Source: Nitrospirales bacterium (lineage in GTDB: Bacteria; Nitrospirota; Nitrospiria; Nitrospirales; UBA8639). From it: 64,000 nucleotides of DNA. The notes under the pieces are model-generated. The model saw only the letters and a list, made by a program, of their open reading frames with translations, searched no databases and had not been told where the DNA came from. The stretch lies in the NCBI GenBank assembly GCA_963555755.3, contig OY820905.2, positions 2,272,001 to 2,336,000 on the forward strand, in the 5' to 3' direction. A program made the translations under genes and the position numbers. This document shows positions 61,591-64,000 of this stretch, one piece after another (within the stretch, counting starts at the first letter, position 1; every line of letters begins with the position of its first letter).

Positions 61591-61855
61591 AGGGTCCGTC
61601 ACGAAATAACCGGGACAATTGGGAGGCCCAGATTTGTGATCGGGGCAAGGCGCGACGAGGGAGCAGAGCGGGGCTCTGTGACCGAGGAGCAACGCTGCCC
61701 CGGGCCAAAGATGGGCCTCCCCGGAGGGCCGGACGCTTTTGGGCTCCGCCGGCGTCGCTCATCGCTTCCATACTCCCGGTATGCGCGCTCTTCGCTCCTT
61801 GGCTCGCTCCAAAATCGTCTCGGCCAATTGTCCCGGTTATTTCGTGACGGACCCT
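61591..61855. mobile_element. MITE family G (AGGGTCCGTCACGAAATAACCGGGACAATT TIR)
   Basis: Perfect ~30-bp terminal inverted repeat; single copy in the window. Confidence 0.75.
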
Positions 61856-61856
61856 G

Positions 61857-62038
61857 AGGACCTGCGAGAAAATAACTTGATCAATATCGCGCCAAGATTT
61901 GGGTCGGATTTGGACGGAACGATTGAGAAACACTCGAGGCATAGCACAGCTATGGTGAGGGTGTTTCGATTGAGGCCCGTTCAAAGATGGCCCGAAGATT
62001 GGATGCGAGATTGATCAAGTTATTTTCTCGCAGGTCCT
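61857..62038. mobile_element. MITE family E copy
   Basis: Near-identical to 58012-58193. Confidence 0.8.
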
Positions 62039-62169
62039 AAGAGCTTGCGCGGACTTTTGTGATCCAACTGCCGATTCTAGGAGCATACATGATATCTATA
62101 TCCTCGGTTTACCAAATGAAGATCTTAAACCGTTTCTGTCCACAAATGTCCGTTCTATGAGATAAGGCT

Positions 62170-62664
62170 GTGAATTTTGACGCCGGACAAGAAGAACCCG
62201 CATGGCTCAATGATCAAGTCCTCTCCTGGATTGCCCTGGTCCTTGATAGTTATGTGCATTGGACTGGCGTGGAACTAATTAACCGAACTGGATCGCGTCG
62301 AGAACAAACCCAACGGCTGTTTTCTGCCCCATTCGTGGTGGCCTCTCATGGAATGGAGACCGACCCCATTCTGAATTACGGGAATGCTCAGGCGCTTCAA
62401 CTCTGGGAAATGGACTGGGAAGAATTTGTCACGACCCCTTCACGCTTAACCGCCGAACCCGTCAATCAAGAAGAACGCAGCCGGATGCTTCAACAAGCCT
62501 CCACGCAAGGACTGATACGGGATTATCGAGGAGTGCGCATTTCCCGAACTGGGAAACGGTTCCTGGTGGAACAGGCCACGGTATGGAATGTGATCGATCA
62601 CAACCAAAACAGGGTTGGGCAGGCCGTGACCTTTTCGACATGGACCCCTATATCGTCGCACTAG
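62170..62664 (+). CDS. MEKHLA domain protein
   Basis: LFSAPFVVASHG, DPILNYGN, PSRLTAE, YRGVRISRTGKRF, VWNV, GQA. Confidence 0.88.
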   Translation: MNFDAGQEEPAWLNDQVLSWIALVLDSYVHWTGVELINRTGSRREQTQRLFSAPFVVASHGMETDPILNYGNAQALQLWEMDWEEFVTTPSRLTAEPVNQEERSRMLQQASTQGLIRDYRGVRISRTGKRFLVEQATVWNVIDHNQNRVGQAVTFSTWTPISSH

Positions 62665-62790
62665 CAGGCTCTATTCGTCGTTGCAAACCTCTCTATCATT
62701 CTTTTAAGGTGACAACGAGGCTTGGGCACACGCACAAACCACCCAAACCACCAACATCAGCTGGGGGGAATGTTCAAAAAAGCATGCCCT

Positions 62791-64000
<1,210 letters not shown>

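Overview
Bacterial chromosomal window, probably from a Nitrospirales-like organism (inferred from gene content and repeat families, not proven). Core and signalling genes include idi, apaH, dapL-folK-panC, uvrC, a glyoxalase, a FadL porin, aroE-aroK, four histidine kinases, two stand-alone receivers, an HD-GYP protein and tRNA-Gln. They are interleaved with at least seven families of palindromic MITE-like repeats and with IS1595, IS30, IS6, IS256, IS630 and IS110 elements. Main highlights: (1) A sigma54-driven azole RiPP cluster at 25.1-29.1 kb has a Cys-rich precursor with a thiomuracin-like GHG leader, an ocin-ThiF/E1-like protein, YcaO and SagB, but no dehydratase, protease or exporter; its tandem upstream activator-like sites are shared with a second sigma54 promoter. 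(2) An intact-looking IS110 has a bridge RNA that can be read from the sequence and is programmed against one of the genome's own palindromic repeats. (3) Several IS copies show a strong excess of A:T->C:G lesions. (4) An IS-bounded, decaying four-gene operon of secreted TPR/DUF1598-like proteins lies at 36.5-46.3 kb. (5) A sigma28-type promoter drives an unannotated 30-aa histone-like peptide. (6) A cyclase-STAND ATPase-TPR gene is preceded by a tandem-duplicated stand-alone copy of its N-terminal domain. All family calls come from motifs read by eye; no searches were run.
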